Notes under the pieces: model-generated | Databases searched by the model: none | The model's input: the letters and a program-made list of their open reading frames with translations, nothing else | What the model was told of the DNA's origin: nothing | Assembly: GCA_030770535.1 (NCBI GenBank) | Contig: JASVEC010000001.1 | Location: 682,001 to 746,000, forward strand | Direction of reading: 5' to 3' | DNA: 64,000 bases | Source: Batkoa obscura | Lineage: Eukaryota | Shown: positions 24,064-33,979 of the stretch, one piece after another | Numbering within the stretch: the stretch's first letter is position 1 | How the letters are laid out: every line of letters starts with the position of its first letter | Made by a program: the position numbers and the translations under genes

Positions 24064-24168
24064 ATTTGGAAGTGTTTTTTTTGCTTCATCACTCTTTCGA
24101 TTTTTTAGACGCTATTAGGCCGAAAAAATAGTATTAAATTTCTTCAACAAAAAGGGACACCTTTATAT
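24064..24168 (+). mobile_element. MITE family A, copy 5 (degenerate)
   Basis: GTGTTTTTTTGCTTCATCACT..GACGCTATT..GAAAAA..TTCTTCAACAAAAA..ACACC-ATAT. Confidence 0.65.
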
Positions 24169-24634
24169 ATTAATTGGTTATGATGCTTAAATTTTTTTAG
24201 TTCAATTTCAAAATGGAATATTCTGGTTGAACAAAAAATCGCTTCAATTGTTTCTAAAAAATTAAAGCAGTCACATTCTACTTTCATTGCTCTTCAAAAG
24301 ATTAAAACACAGTTATTATTTCAATCGATTGACACATTACAATACTCAATTAAATAATTGATAGTATTAGTTTAATACATAATAAACAAAAAGATCAACA
24401 ACAATAGTGAATGATTTTCTTTTTAGCAAAAAATAATGCCCAAATTGGACTCTAAAAGGCCAAAAATCTTTTAATTTTAGCCACAAAAAAATTGAAAAAA
24501 TAAAATTGAGTGACACTAAAGATAATCACATCAATTAGACTATCACAAGTTGAAGTAAATACAAATATAATAAATTGAAATATTCACTTTTTTTGTATTA
24601 ATTTTAATATTAAAAAAATTAGATATTAGAAAAA

Positions 24635-27088
24635 ATGAAAAATTTAATTGCTGCACTGGCTGCTGCCAATTTAATCTTAGCTGCACCAAGCCAAGCACCC
24701 AACAAGCATGAGTTACGCAACAATAACTTACCTATCAATAATGTGAAACCTCAAATGGCTAAGCCAGATAATAAAGAAAGTAATGAGTACTTGTTATTGA
24801 CTGATGCCCCAGCAGATGCCTTGAATGCCCCACAGGCTCCCAACGGAAAGAGTTTAAAGAAACCAAATGATTATATATTGTTACAACCTCAACCAAAGAC
24901 ATTTGATCCCAATGAACATCATGATTTTGTACTATTAGAGCCAACTAAAGAACCTGATTCTAGACCTATTGTTGAACGTAAAGGTTCTATGGATGATTTC
25001 GTATTATTGACTCCTCCCACAGATGATAATGAAGAACCTAAACCATTAAGTGATTTGTTAAATACAATTAAAGAAAAATCACCTAAAGAAGATTTAATTG
25101 ATGATAAGGCTTCTCCTGAAAATGCTTTAGATCTTGATAATGTATCTGGTAACAATGAAAATACTGGTACAAAGAGACCTAATTCTTATAAAAAAGGATA
25201 CGGTAATAAGGGATATAAGAGGAAGCCATATGGTAACAATGGGTATGGAAAACAAAGATTGTGTGCTGGTGGCGTTAACGGTGATGCTAATAACAAAGTA
25301 AGATGTTTACCACCCGTTGACTTATCAACTGCTGTTCCTTTCCTTCCTGGCCCTGCTATTGTTGGTGGTGATGTTGATATTGATGGTGATGGTGGTATTG
25401 ACCCTGGCTTTAGTAAAATTCCACCTGGAGATGATATTGATCCTGGATTCGGCAAACTTCCAGATGAAGGAAACAATCCAAAGACACATGAAGGTGATAA
25501 AAAGGACGATAATAAAGACGATAAACATCCTTCAGCACCAACTAAAGAAACCGATAGTGAAAAACCAAAAGATAAAAAGGATGACAAAGTAACTTCTGGT
25601 GATGATGATTTTGATGATATTCTCGAAGGTGGTAATAAACCAGATAATAAACCAGATAATAAACCAGATAACAAAGATTCTACTCCTGCCAAATCTGATG
25701 AAAAGAAAGATGAAAAGAAAGATGAGAAGGAACCAGAGGGAATAAAACAAACTGCTCCTATTACATCAGGAAACAAAGATACTAAAGATAAACCAAAGGA
25801 ACAAGAAGATTTAAGCGATCTTTTCACTGGTATTGATGATGATATTGAAGTTCATAAAGATGACAATGATGTTGATGCTCATAATACTAGTGATGCTACT
25901 GATGATCTTGATATCACTGATGATCTTATTATTGAGTTACCAAGTGAAGATAAACCAATTAAAGGTGGTTCTAATAAACCAAAGGATTATGCTGATAAAA
26001 ATACCTCTTCTGGAAATGATAAACCAAAAGATATTTCTGAAAACGATAAATCAAAAGATACTTCTTCTGGAAACGATAAACCAAAAGATACTTCTTCTGA
26101 AAACGATAAACCAAAAGATACTTCTTCTGAAAACGATAAACCAAAAGATACTTCTTCTGAAAACGATAAACCAAAAGATACTTCTTCTGAAAACGATAAA
26201 CCAAAAGATACTTCTTCTGAAAACGATAAACCAAAAGATACTTCTTCTGAAAACGATAAACCAAAAGATACTTCTTCTGAAAACGATAAACCAAAAGATA
26301 CTTCTTCTGAAAACGATAAACCAAAAGATACTTCTTCTGGAAACGATAAACCAAAAGATACTAAAGATGAATCAAAAAATGGTGATAATTTGATTGGTAT
26401 TTTCCCAGGTGAAGATGATTTCACTAATATTGATTTAGATGGTGAAATTAAAGATGATGATTTCATCGGTATTTTCCCAGGTGAAGATAAACCAACTAAA
26501 GCTGATATTGATAAACCAAAAGATAACAATGACAAACCAAAAGATAACAGTGACAAACCAAAATATAACAGCGACAAACCAAAAGATAATAATGACAAAC
26601 CAAAAGATAGCAAAGATGAACCAAAAGATATTAATGATATCGATGATTTTGTTGGTATTTTCCCAGGTGAAGATGATGTCACTAAGGTTGATTTAGATGG
26701 TGATAATAACGATGATGACAATATCGATGATTTCTTAAATTTAGTTGAAGAACCTAATAAAGCTCCTAATAAGGATTCTAATAAAGGAACTCATCCTTCA
26801 AAAGGAGGTGCTTCTGGAGATAATAAACCTCATCATGGAAAACAAAATCATGGTAGACCAGGTCATGGTAGACCAGGTCATGGTAATTCAGGTCATGGAA
26901 AACCAAGTTATGGAAGGCCAGGGTATGGAAAACCAAGTTATGGTAGAAAGCCATATGGAAAACCAAGTTATGGAAAACCAAGTTATGGTAAACCAAGTTA
27001 TGGTAAACCAAGTTATGGTAAACCAAGTTATGGTAAACCTAGAAGAATAAGACCAACTTCAATTGCTAAGCTTGATTTAAAGTTATAG
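24635..27088 (+). CDS. Secreted, highly repetitive low-complexity protein (817 aa)
   Basis: Signal peptide MKNLIAALAAANLILA; acidic D/K/P-rich core with tandem repeats; Tyr/Lys/Gly-rich segment near aa 185-205 and His/Tyr/Lys/Gly-rich C-terminus. Confidence 0.88.
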   Translation: MKNLIAALAAANLILAAPSQAPNKHELRNNNLPINNVKPQMAKPDNKESNEYLLLTDAPADALNAPQAPNGKSLKKPNDYILLQPQPKTFDPNEHHDFVLLEPTKEPDSRPIVERKGSMDDFVLLTPPTDDNEEPKPLSDLLNTIKEKSPKEDLIDDKASPENALDLDNVSGNNENTGTKRPNSYKKGYGNKGYKRKPYGNNGYGKQRLCAGGVNGDANNKVRCLPPVDLSTAVPFLPGPAIVGGDVDIDGDGGIDPGFSKIPPGDDIDPGFGKLPDEGNNPKTHEGDKKDDNKDDKHPSAPTKETDSEKPKDKKDDKVTSGDDDFDDILEGGNKPDNKPDNKPDNKDSTPAKSDEKKDEKKDEKEPEGIKQTAPITSGNKDTKDKPKEQEDLSDLFTGIDDDIEVHKDDNDVDAHNTSDATDDLDITDDLIIELPSEDKPIKGGSNKPKDYADKNTSSGNDKPKDISENDKSKDTSSGNDKPKDTSSENDKPKDTSSENDKPKDTSSENDKPKDTSSENDKPKDTSSENDKPKDTSSENDKPKDTSSENDKPKDTSSENDKPKDTSSGNDKPKDTKDESKNGDNLIGIFPGEDDFTNIDLDGEIKDDDFIGIFPGEDKPTKADIDKPKDNNDKPKDNSDKPKYNSDKPKDNNDKPKDSKDEPKDINDIDDFVGIFPGEDDVTKVDLDGDNNDDDNIDDFLNLVEEPNKAPNKDSNKGTHPSKGGASGDNKPHHGKQNHGRPGHGRPGHGNSGHGKPSYGRPGYGKPSYGRKPYGKPSYGKPSYGKPSYGKPSYGKPSYGKPRRIRPTSIAKLDLKL
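26057..26356 (+). repeat. Coding 30-bp minisatellite (DTSSENDKPK) x10
   Basis: GATACTTCTTCTGAAAACGATAAACCAAAA: 8 identical units flanked by two single-base (Gly) variants. Confidence 0.97.
26831..27040 (+). repeat. Coding 15-bp pentapeptide repeats (HGRPG/YGKPS)
   Basis: HGKQN HGRPG HGRPG HGNSG HGKPS YGRPG YGKPS YGRKP (YGKPS)x5. Confidence 0.95.
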
Positions 27089-27999
27089 TCATCGGAAGTT
27101 AGCTGTGATTTAATAAATTTTATTTATTTTTATAAATTATCGTTAGAATTTTAAGTTTTATTTTTATTTATGCGTATTTTTCTAAAAATGTTGACCTGAG
27201 AAGATAAAAGGCCAAAATTTAAGCTTCAACTAAGGCCTAATTATTTTCTAATTTCAAAAATCTTGTGAAGTGGCAGATTTTTTTATTTGGAATTGACTTT
27301 ATTGATAAGTAAGAATTTAATAAAAATAGTTAGAAATTTAAAGTTCCCCAAAGGAGAGAAGAATGATTCAATATTTATAGCTACAGGTAACTCCTTTGGT
27401 CACGAGCTTAATTCGAACTCCAATCTATTCAGTTTAAGCTACTTATTGTATATTATATTATTTAGTAGTTATAGAAGCAATACAATTACTACATGTAATT
27501 ATAAGTGAAATTTCATAATATTAATGTCAATTTCAAACATATTATTTCAATAATTTTGTAATATTATTATTCAATGAACTTAAACTTTTAAATAATAGAA
27601 AAAGCATTTATTTTTATTACTATTTTAGAGTACTGAGTTGGTTTAAGATACCGTTAAAAAGATATAAAACAAACGTATTTAAATAGTTGAATTTCAATGA
27701 TTATAATAATAAAATGAGATTATCAAATAAACTTATAATTTCATATCTCTAATTAATAGCTTATCTACATTTAAAAACAATAATGAAAATTTATTCAATA
27801 GGATTATAAACTATCATTGAATTAATAAATATAAATTTAAAGATACTAAAAATCAATATTTAAAACTAACTGAAAAATGAGATTTTGACTTTCGGAAATT
27901 AAAAAACTCAAAAACAATATAAATAAACAAAGATCTATTGTAAACCCATTTTTAATTCAACCATTTAACTTAATAATCCCTTGCATCTCTTATTTAATA

Positions 28000-28317
28000 A
28001 TGAAATATATAACTATTATCTTGTCATTACTTACTTTAATTCATTCAAATACAGCACAATCTATTGCAGAGATAGGTTTTAATACACCAGAACATGCAGC
28101 TACTTTAATGAAACCAGAAGCTAAAATAATTAATATTGACGAAAGATATGATTATTTAATGCCAAAACAGGAAGAATTTAATAATTTAAATGATTTGTAT
28201 TTGATTTATTTAGATGTCACTACGGGTAATGAATATTATAAAGTTCACGTTAAAGAAAGAAAGTTTTCAAAATTATTAAATGAATTATTGTTCTTTGATA
28301 CTTTTTTCAAAATCTAG
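28000..28317 (+). CDS. Small secreted protein, unknown function (105 aa)
   Basis: Signal peptide MKYITIILSLLTLIHS; upstream TATA-like TATAAATA; convergent with the kexin gene. Confidence 0.6.
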   Translation: MKYITIILSLLTLIHSNTAQSIAEIGFNTPEHAATLMKPEAKIINIDERYDYLMPKQEEFNNLNDLYLIYLDVTTGNEYYKVHVKERKFSKLLNELLFFDTFFKI

Positions 28318-28378
28318 ACTAAATTGAATAAAATTATTTAAATAAAATCAATATTTTATTACTATTATTTTATTACTA

Positions 28379-30268
28379 TTATAATAAATCTTTAAAATAG
28401 TTAAATATCTTAGACATTCTATTTAACTTAGAATATGATGGATATCTAATAATTGGTTTTGATTGGCCATAAAAAGTGATTGAATAATTGATGAATTTCC
28501 CATGTTTAAAATTATGATGATGAATATCTTTAACTTTTAATTTCCATTCACCAATAATTGGTTCATCAAAATGTTTAACTGTCATTACAGTCCAATCTTG
28601 GAAACCTTCATTAGATTTATCATAAGGTCTAGATTCAATAACTTTTGATACAATATTATTAGGTGAAATTAATTCCATTTCAACATCTCTTCTTCTATCA
28701 TGTTCAATATTAAATTTAATAGTAACATGCTCCAAAGTATCAAAGTTATTATTATTTACCATTTCAGGAGTAACGATAATAGAAGTTAATAAACCATCAT
28801 TAGTTTCTGGAATTCCTTCATCTACTTCAATTGTAGGAATCTGAATTTGAGTTTGTGGACCTACATTTTGAAAATGAATAGCAGCATCAATGAATCTACT
28901 AGCATCCATTTTGCCATAGCCAAACATATTTGAATAAGGTCTTCCAACGTAAGTAGTAGTCCAAGATGGATGATCTAAAGAAATGGGTATCGAATTTTGA
29001 ATAATTAAATGTTGAATATCTCTCCAAGAAAGATCGGGTCTAGCTTCTAAAGCTAAAGCTACTACTCCAGAAATTAAAGGACCAGCAGCACTAGTACCTG
29101 AATGTTTTGAAGTACATTTACCATTAGCATCCGTAGTAAATATAGTATCTTTACCACTATCATCCCCTGAATAAGTCACTAAAAGTAAAGCTGAGCAACC
29201 TTCTGAGTATTTTGGTATTTTATTATATCGATCAATAGCACCCACAGCAATTGTATAAATAGAATTAACATAACCATCAAAATTACAATTATCTTTATAT
29301 AAACCCCCATTACCACTAGCAAATACATAAATATTACCTTTACCTTGACGACCATTAGTAATTGAATTTATTATACTTTTTTGAGCTACTTTGGCTGGTT
29401 CACCAATACTTTGACCATCATCTTGTGGTCCCCATGAACAAGAATAAATATCATTTAAATCATTACGATAACTTAATGCACTTGCTTCTGAATGAGCATA
29501 TAACGGGGCTGACAATGCTCGAATACCACTCACTTTGGAATCATATGCAATACCTACCCCACAAGCATTATCTTTGGCTGCACTGACTTCACCAGCACAT
29601 CGAGTTCCATGGGAATCACCATCTAATTTTGGTATTGGATCGGTACTATTGGTATTGAAATCATAACTTGCTAATGGATCATATTTATAACTAAATTCTT
29701 CATTTAAATGATCTAAACCATCATCAACAAAAGCAACCGTTATTCCCTTTCCAGTTAAACCCCTTTCCCATACAGGTAATAAATTCAAATCATTGCCTTT
29801 ATTTCTTTTATTTAATATATGCCATTGATGACCAAAACCAGGATCTCTTATATTCAATTCGCTACGTACTTGTAATTCTCGAACTTCTAATTCTCTTTTA
29901 TTAAGTTCCCGATGAAACAATTTGGGTAGTATCCTTCTTTTATAAACTTTAGAAATCTCTTGATGTTCAATATCTAATATATTTTTAGCTATATGATCCC
30001 TAAATTGCTGTTGGTGTTTTTTTATCATTAAGTTGATTCCTTCTTTTTCCTTATAATGAGCTACTTTGGCTTTGTATAGATAATGGTTGGGAACACTTAA
30101 GACTGGTTCTTGATATTCTAAATTCAATGATGAATCGATTCTTTTTGGATCCAGCCCAGGAGATAATTCTAAGACTACAAAATGGTGCTTCTGTTGATCA
30201 ACAAGTTGAGTAGCTTCAATCAAGTTGCTTGTGTACAATGCTAGATAGAATATCGAATAAAATAACAT
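28379..30268 (-). CDS. Kexin/furin-like S8B proprotein convertase without TM anchor
   Basis: Signal peptide; prodomain with KRR/KR sites; catalytic VDDG, HGTRCAG, SGTSA; oxyanion ASGNGG; P-domain LEHVT..LISP..GEWKL. Confidence 0.93.
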   Translation of the reverse strand: MLFYSIFYLALYTSNLIEATQLVDQQKHHFVVLELSPGLDPKRIDSSLNLEYQEPVLSVPNHYLYKAKVAHYKEKEGINLMIKKHQQQFRDHIAKNILDIEHQEISKVYKRRILPKLFHRELNKRELEVRELQVRSELNIRDPGFGHQWHILNKRNKGNDLNLLPVWERGLTGKGITVAFVDDGLDHLNEEFSYKYDPLASYDFNTNSTDPIPKLDGDSHGTRCAGEVSAAKDNACGVGIAYDSKVSGIRALSAPLYAHSEASALSYRNDLNDIYSCSWGPQDDGQSIGEPAKVAQKSIINSITNGRQGKGNIYVFASGNGGLYKDNCNFDGYVNSIYTIAVGAIDRYNKIPKYSEGCSALLLVTYSGDDSGKDTIFTTDANGKCTSKHSGTSAAGPLISGVVALALEARPDLSWRDIQHLIIQNSIPISLDHPSWTTTYVGRPYSNMFGYGKMDASRFIDAAIHFQNVGPQTQIQIPTIEVDEGIPETNDGLLTSIIVTPEMVNNNNFDTLEHVTIKFNIEHDRRRDVEMELISPNNIVSKVIESRPYDKSNEGFQDWTVMTVKHFDEPIIGEWKLKVKDIHHHNFKHGKFINYSITFYGQSKPIIRYPSYSKLNRMSKIFNYFKDLL

Positions 30269-32563
30269 GGTTGATATTGATTAATATGGATTAAATTAAG
30301 AGAAAGTATCAAAAACACAATATGAATAATTTAATAAAAATAGGAATGAACTTATGTACAATAAGTATATATATAAAAATGAATACTTCTAATTAATGTA
30401 ATTAATTACTAGCGTTATATACTCTTTAATAACAATTGAAAAATATTACAATTAATAAATTAACTAATAAATTTCTCCTTTATTTGAATTCTACTATTAC
30501 TTAATTTGTCCTTTTTTTTTAAAATAATTTGTTATTGTTATTCCTTCACTCTGAGCAATTATTATTCGAGTTTTCACAAAATTGTTACTTATTTTTTATT
30601 ACTTGTTTTGAAAGTTCTTAACCTATTTTGTGCCCCCTTTCCAGTGTTTACGGAAATGTAATTAACATCCAAAATACTCCGTGAATTTGCAAACCAGTTA
30701 TTTATGGCTTTGCAAAATTAGTTCAGAAGTTGTAATAAGATTAATGGTCAATTGAGTTATTAATAGTTAGCGGCATATTAGAATGCGATGGAATAATCGA
30801 TTGACTTTGAAATTCAAAAAGTGCAATTCGATTGTGTTTTTATTTGTTATAAAAAAAGAGACCCATTGTTAGGGGAAACAAAAGTTAAAAGTAACTTGCA
30901 TTTCCAAAAACTTTGGAGTTCGATCCCTGTTTTCCATTGAAATCTTTCCAAAAACGAGGAGATTGTTAATATACATTAGGAAAAGAAAGAGAGATCCTTT
31001 CTGTAAAGATTATTATCCAGTGTCAAAGGAAAAAGGTATTGGAGCAAAGTTTTACAATTAAAATAAGTTTGGTATGAAAAGAATTAATAAGCAATAAAAT
31101 GGAACATGTAACCATGTGGTAAGTTGAGTTATTGAAATCTAAGGAAATATGGATAGCAATCTAACTCAAACGATACATAAAAAGCTGGTATAGACGGAAA
31201 ATATTAATAAATGTAATTTTTACTCTTGTCTTTAAAAAAGCTTGTGTACATTTAGTTTTTGATAGTGAAAATTACTACTTTCAAAGCTTCAATCTCTTTT
31301 TCAATTTTTTTCATTGTTATGTATTACAATAATACTATGAGTAGTTCATTTATTCTATACTGTAATAGTCTTTTAGATACCATAGATAATTTCAGCTCAT
31401 CATGTTTTTTTACTAGAGTCTAATTCTTCCAATTTGACCTAAGTAGAAATTTTGAATCCAATTGAACTTTTGCTTAATAAAATTTCGCATAAAGGAAAGC
31501 ATCATTTGCTATAAACCAAAACGCTGGTATTTCATAACTTCCAAGAATTAAAAATAATGGGTGGGCGAATCAATTATGCAATTTCCAGCATTTCTAATAT
31601 TGAAATATCATATTAAATTGAATACTGGTTATTTTAATGACAATTTACATCAATGGAAGCCATTCTTGCTTATTTTGATAGATAAAATAGCCCCGCTTTA
31701 CCCTTTTTTAAATAAAATCAACTTCCCATAATCAGAATTCATTATTTTTCAATCTACAGCAAAAATAGTACCCAATTTAAGTATCAGAAAATTAGAGGAT
31801 TGTTATCTTTATTTGTTTCTACAGTGTTCTGATATCGTATTAGCCTTTAACCATAACATGAAATTTGCTTCCCGAGCTCATCGCATGGTCAAAGTCAGTG
31901 GATTTCAAATGAAGCTGTATGTAATATAAGGTTTCGAGGAGTTTAAGCATGTAGGCACTTGACCACATGTTGCGAAAAAGGCTAAATTGTAACTTATAAC
32001 TTGTAACTTTCCAATATGCGTTTTTATAGGTGCATAGATTTTGTTTGAATTGTTTTTATAGTGATTTTTGCGCTTTGTATTAGCAGTACTATGTATTATT
32101 CGTTATGAGAGTACAATGTTTATTACAAGTCTGAAATTGAAAAATAATTTAAAATAAAAGATAAAGCTATAAAGACAGCATTAAATAAAAAAATATTCTA
32201 GACATTGATCTTTAAGTTCATATAAACTGAATTGTATAGATGTGGTTAATTAAAGAATATTAAACCCTTGAAGAAATAATGTCTCAGGTGTTTGCCACTC
32301 AGGATGATTGGTAAAATTCAATCCAGAAAAAATTGGGGTTGTTTTTTGTTTCAAGATATTGTCCACTTTAGTCGAGTATAAATTTCAAAAAAATTCTTAG
32401 TTCACTTCATAAACAAAGAATATATCAATACTGTTTATTATTAAGATTAAAAAAAACAAAAAATGATAACAATTTTATTAACATTAATTTCAATTTATTA
32501 CAAAAAAAATATTATATCCATTCTCTTTAACTTCCATCAATAAAAAACTTTTAGAAGCATACT

Positions 32564-32749
32564 TCAGTTCTTACCAGGTGGATAACGAACAAAGAAAGGG
32601 TCATGCTGTTTAGCATTGGGTACTCGATTATGATTTAAACCGTTTTTAAAGCTTCTTCTTAAATAAGGTCGATGAATGGGTAGTCCATTGATGTTAGGTA
32701 AGGTTAAGCCAATTACTAAAGCTACTAGAAAGGTACTGTTTTTAATCAT
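32564..32749 (-). CDS. Putative small secreted peptide precursor (61 aa)
   Basis: MIKNSTFLVALVIGLTLPNING signal peptide, then LPIHRPYL-RR-SFKNG...DPFFVRYPPGKN; TATATAAA about 40 bp upstream. Confidence 0.5.
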   Translation of the reverse strand: MIKNSTFLVALVIGLTLPNINGLPIHRPYLRRSFKNGLNHNRVPNAKQHDPFFVRYPPGKN

Positions 32750-33427
32750 TTTGATTATTGTATTTAGAAGGGAAAATACCAATATTTATATAATGCTAAT
32801 AATTTTTTAAAATTATTTAATCGTTGATCAAATCCCTCATTTATATCTCTTTTTAAAAATCAATTCACTGAGTTTTGATACTGCTTCAAGTTATTAGAAT
32901 GAGGGTTTGTTTCAGTGTTTTGAATTGAGATTATAAGGAATGATCGTAATAAATTTAATTTATTGTTTAATTGTTAGTTTTTATTAAAATCAATAATATA
33001 TAATTTATTGTTAGAAGTTAAAAGTTCAAATATTCAACTTTTTATATTCTTTTCTCAGTTTCTTATTTTTCTGGACAAATCTGAAAGCGCAATGTATAGA
33101 ATTGCACCAGTAAAGCGTTTTTAGAGTACTTGTTAACAGTTTTTTTCTCACAATACAAAAATTACTGCTACAGCCAATATCCTCTCTATTTTTTAAAATG
33201 TACTCACTAAGCTTGTGGGAAAACTAAAAAATATATATCTGTAAAGTAACAATAGTGATACGTAAAGAAATAAACATACACTTAATGCAGCAGTTAAAAT
33301 TATATTTATTTCGTACATTAAATTTATAAACTATTTTTATGGAACCATAAATCCTGAATAACCTAAAAAATCATTCTTTAAACTTTTCAAATTTAAAATT
33401 AAATGAATAGCTACTCTGTTTCTTTAC

Positions 33428-33893
33428 TGTGAAAGTTGATACTTAGTGGCCGAAGTTAAAAGCTACTCTTGCTTAATTAACTTGCCTTGAGTCGAAGGGT
33501 CTTAGTTTATATAACTAAGGTAGACTTAACTTAATAGAAATAGTATGTAGTAAGCTACAAATTATGTAAAACAAATACAATGGAAGATACTACTATAAAA
33601 TCTATATCAGATGTTGTCAGAAAGACTTAGTGACTTTATTAATGATACGTTATCAGGGAGTAATCCAATTAAAAAAGCCTGGAGTTATCATATTGAAGAA
33701 TCTCTTTTATACTCCAATAAATATGGATATTAATACGAGAGGATGTTATTCCTTGCAATATGAAGTTAGAAATTCTCGCAGCAAATCAAAATAAGGGACT
33801 CTGACTTGATTGTATTTGAACTTGAGAACACAGCAACTTAAGTGATTGTTGCGTTATAATCAATCCGAGAGCTAAATAAAGCAATATTTCACA
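33428..33893 (-). repeat. 3' LTR
   Basis: Matches 40611-41076 except G33497 vs C40680. Confidence 0.97.
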
Positions 33894-33904
33894 TTTCCCT
33901 CCCT
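33894..33904 (-). other. Polypurine tract
   Basis: AGGGAGGGAAA directly abutting the 3' LTR on the minus strand. Confidence 0.9.
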
Positions 33905-33979
33905 ATGATTTGATGTAGTGAATTTTTATGATTTACTTACCAAGAGCAATTTGACTAGTTACGAATTGTACTCATTGAA

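Noticed and set aside
26057..26356. 30-bp direct repeats as a CRISPR array
   Set aside because: Head-to-tail with no spacers, in frame inside a eukaryotic CDS.
24759..27050. Overlapping alternative-frame and antisense ORFs
   Set aside because: Shadows of the repetitive CDS.
24635..27088. KEX2-processed repeat protein (KEP/dikaritin RiPP precursor)
   Set aside because: Repeat units are not separated by KR/RR sites, and no DUF3328-like gene is visible.
28000..28317. Cystatin/stefin-like inhibitor call
   Set aside because: Only a vague beta-hairpin likeness (YLIYLDV..EYYKVHV); no QxVxG motif.
30850..31950. Possible TE relics (LINE-like KLWSSI..VWYEKN; Tc1-like LNPIELL)
   Set aside because: Too short and stop-ridden to assign by eye.
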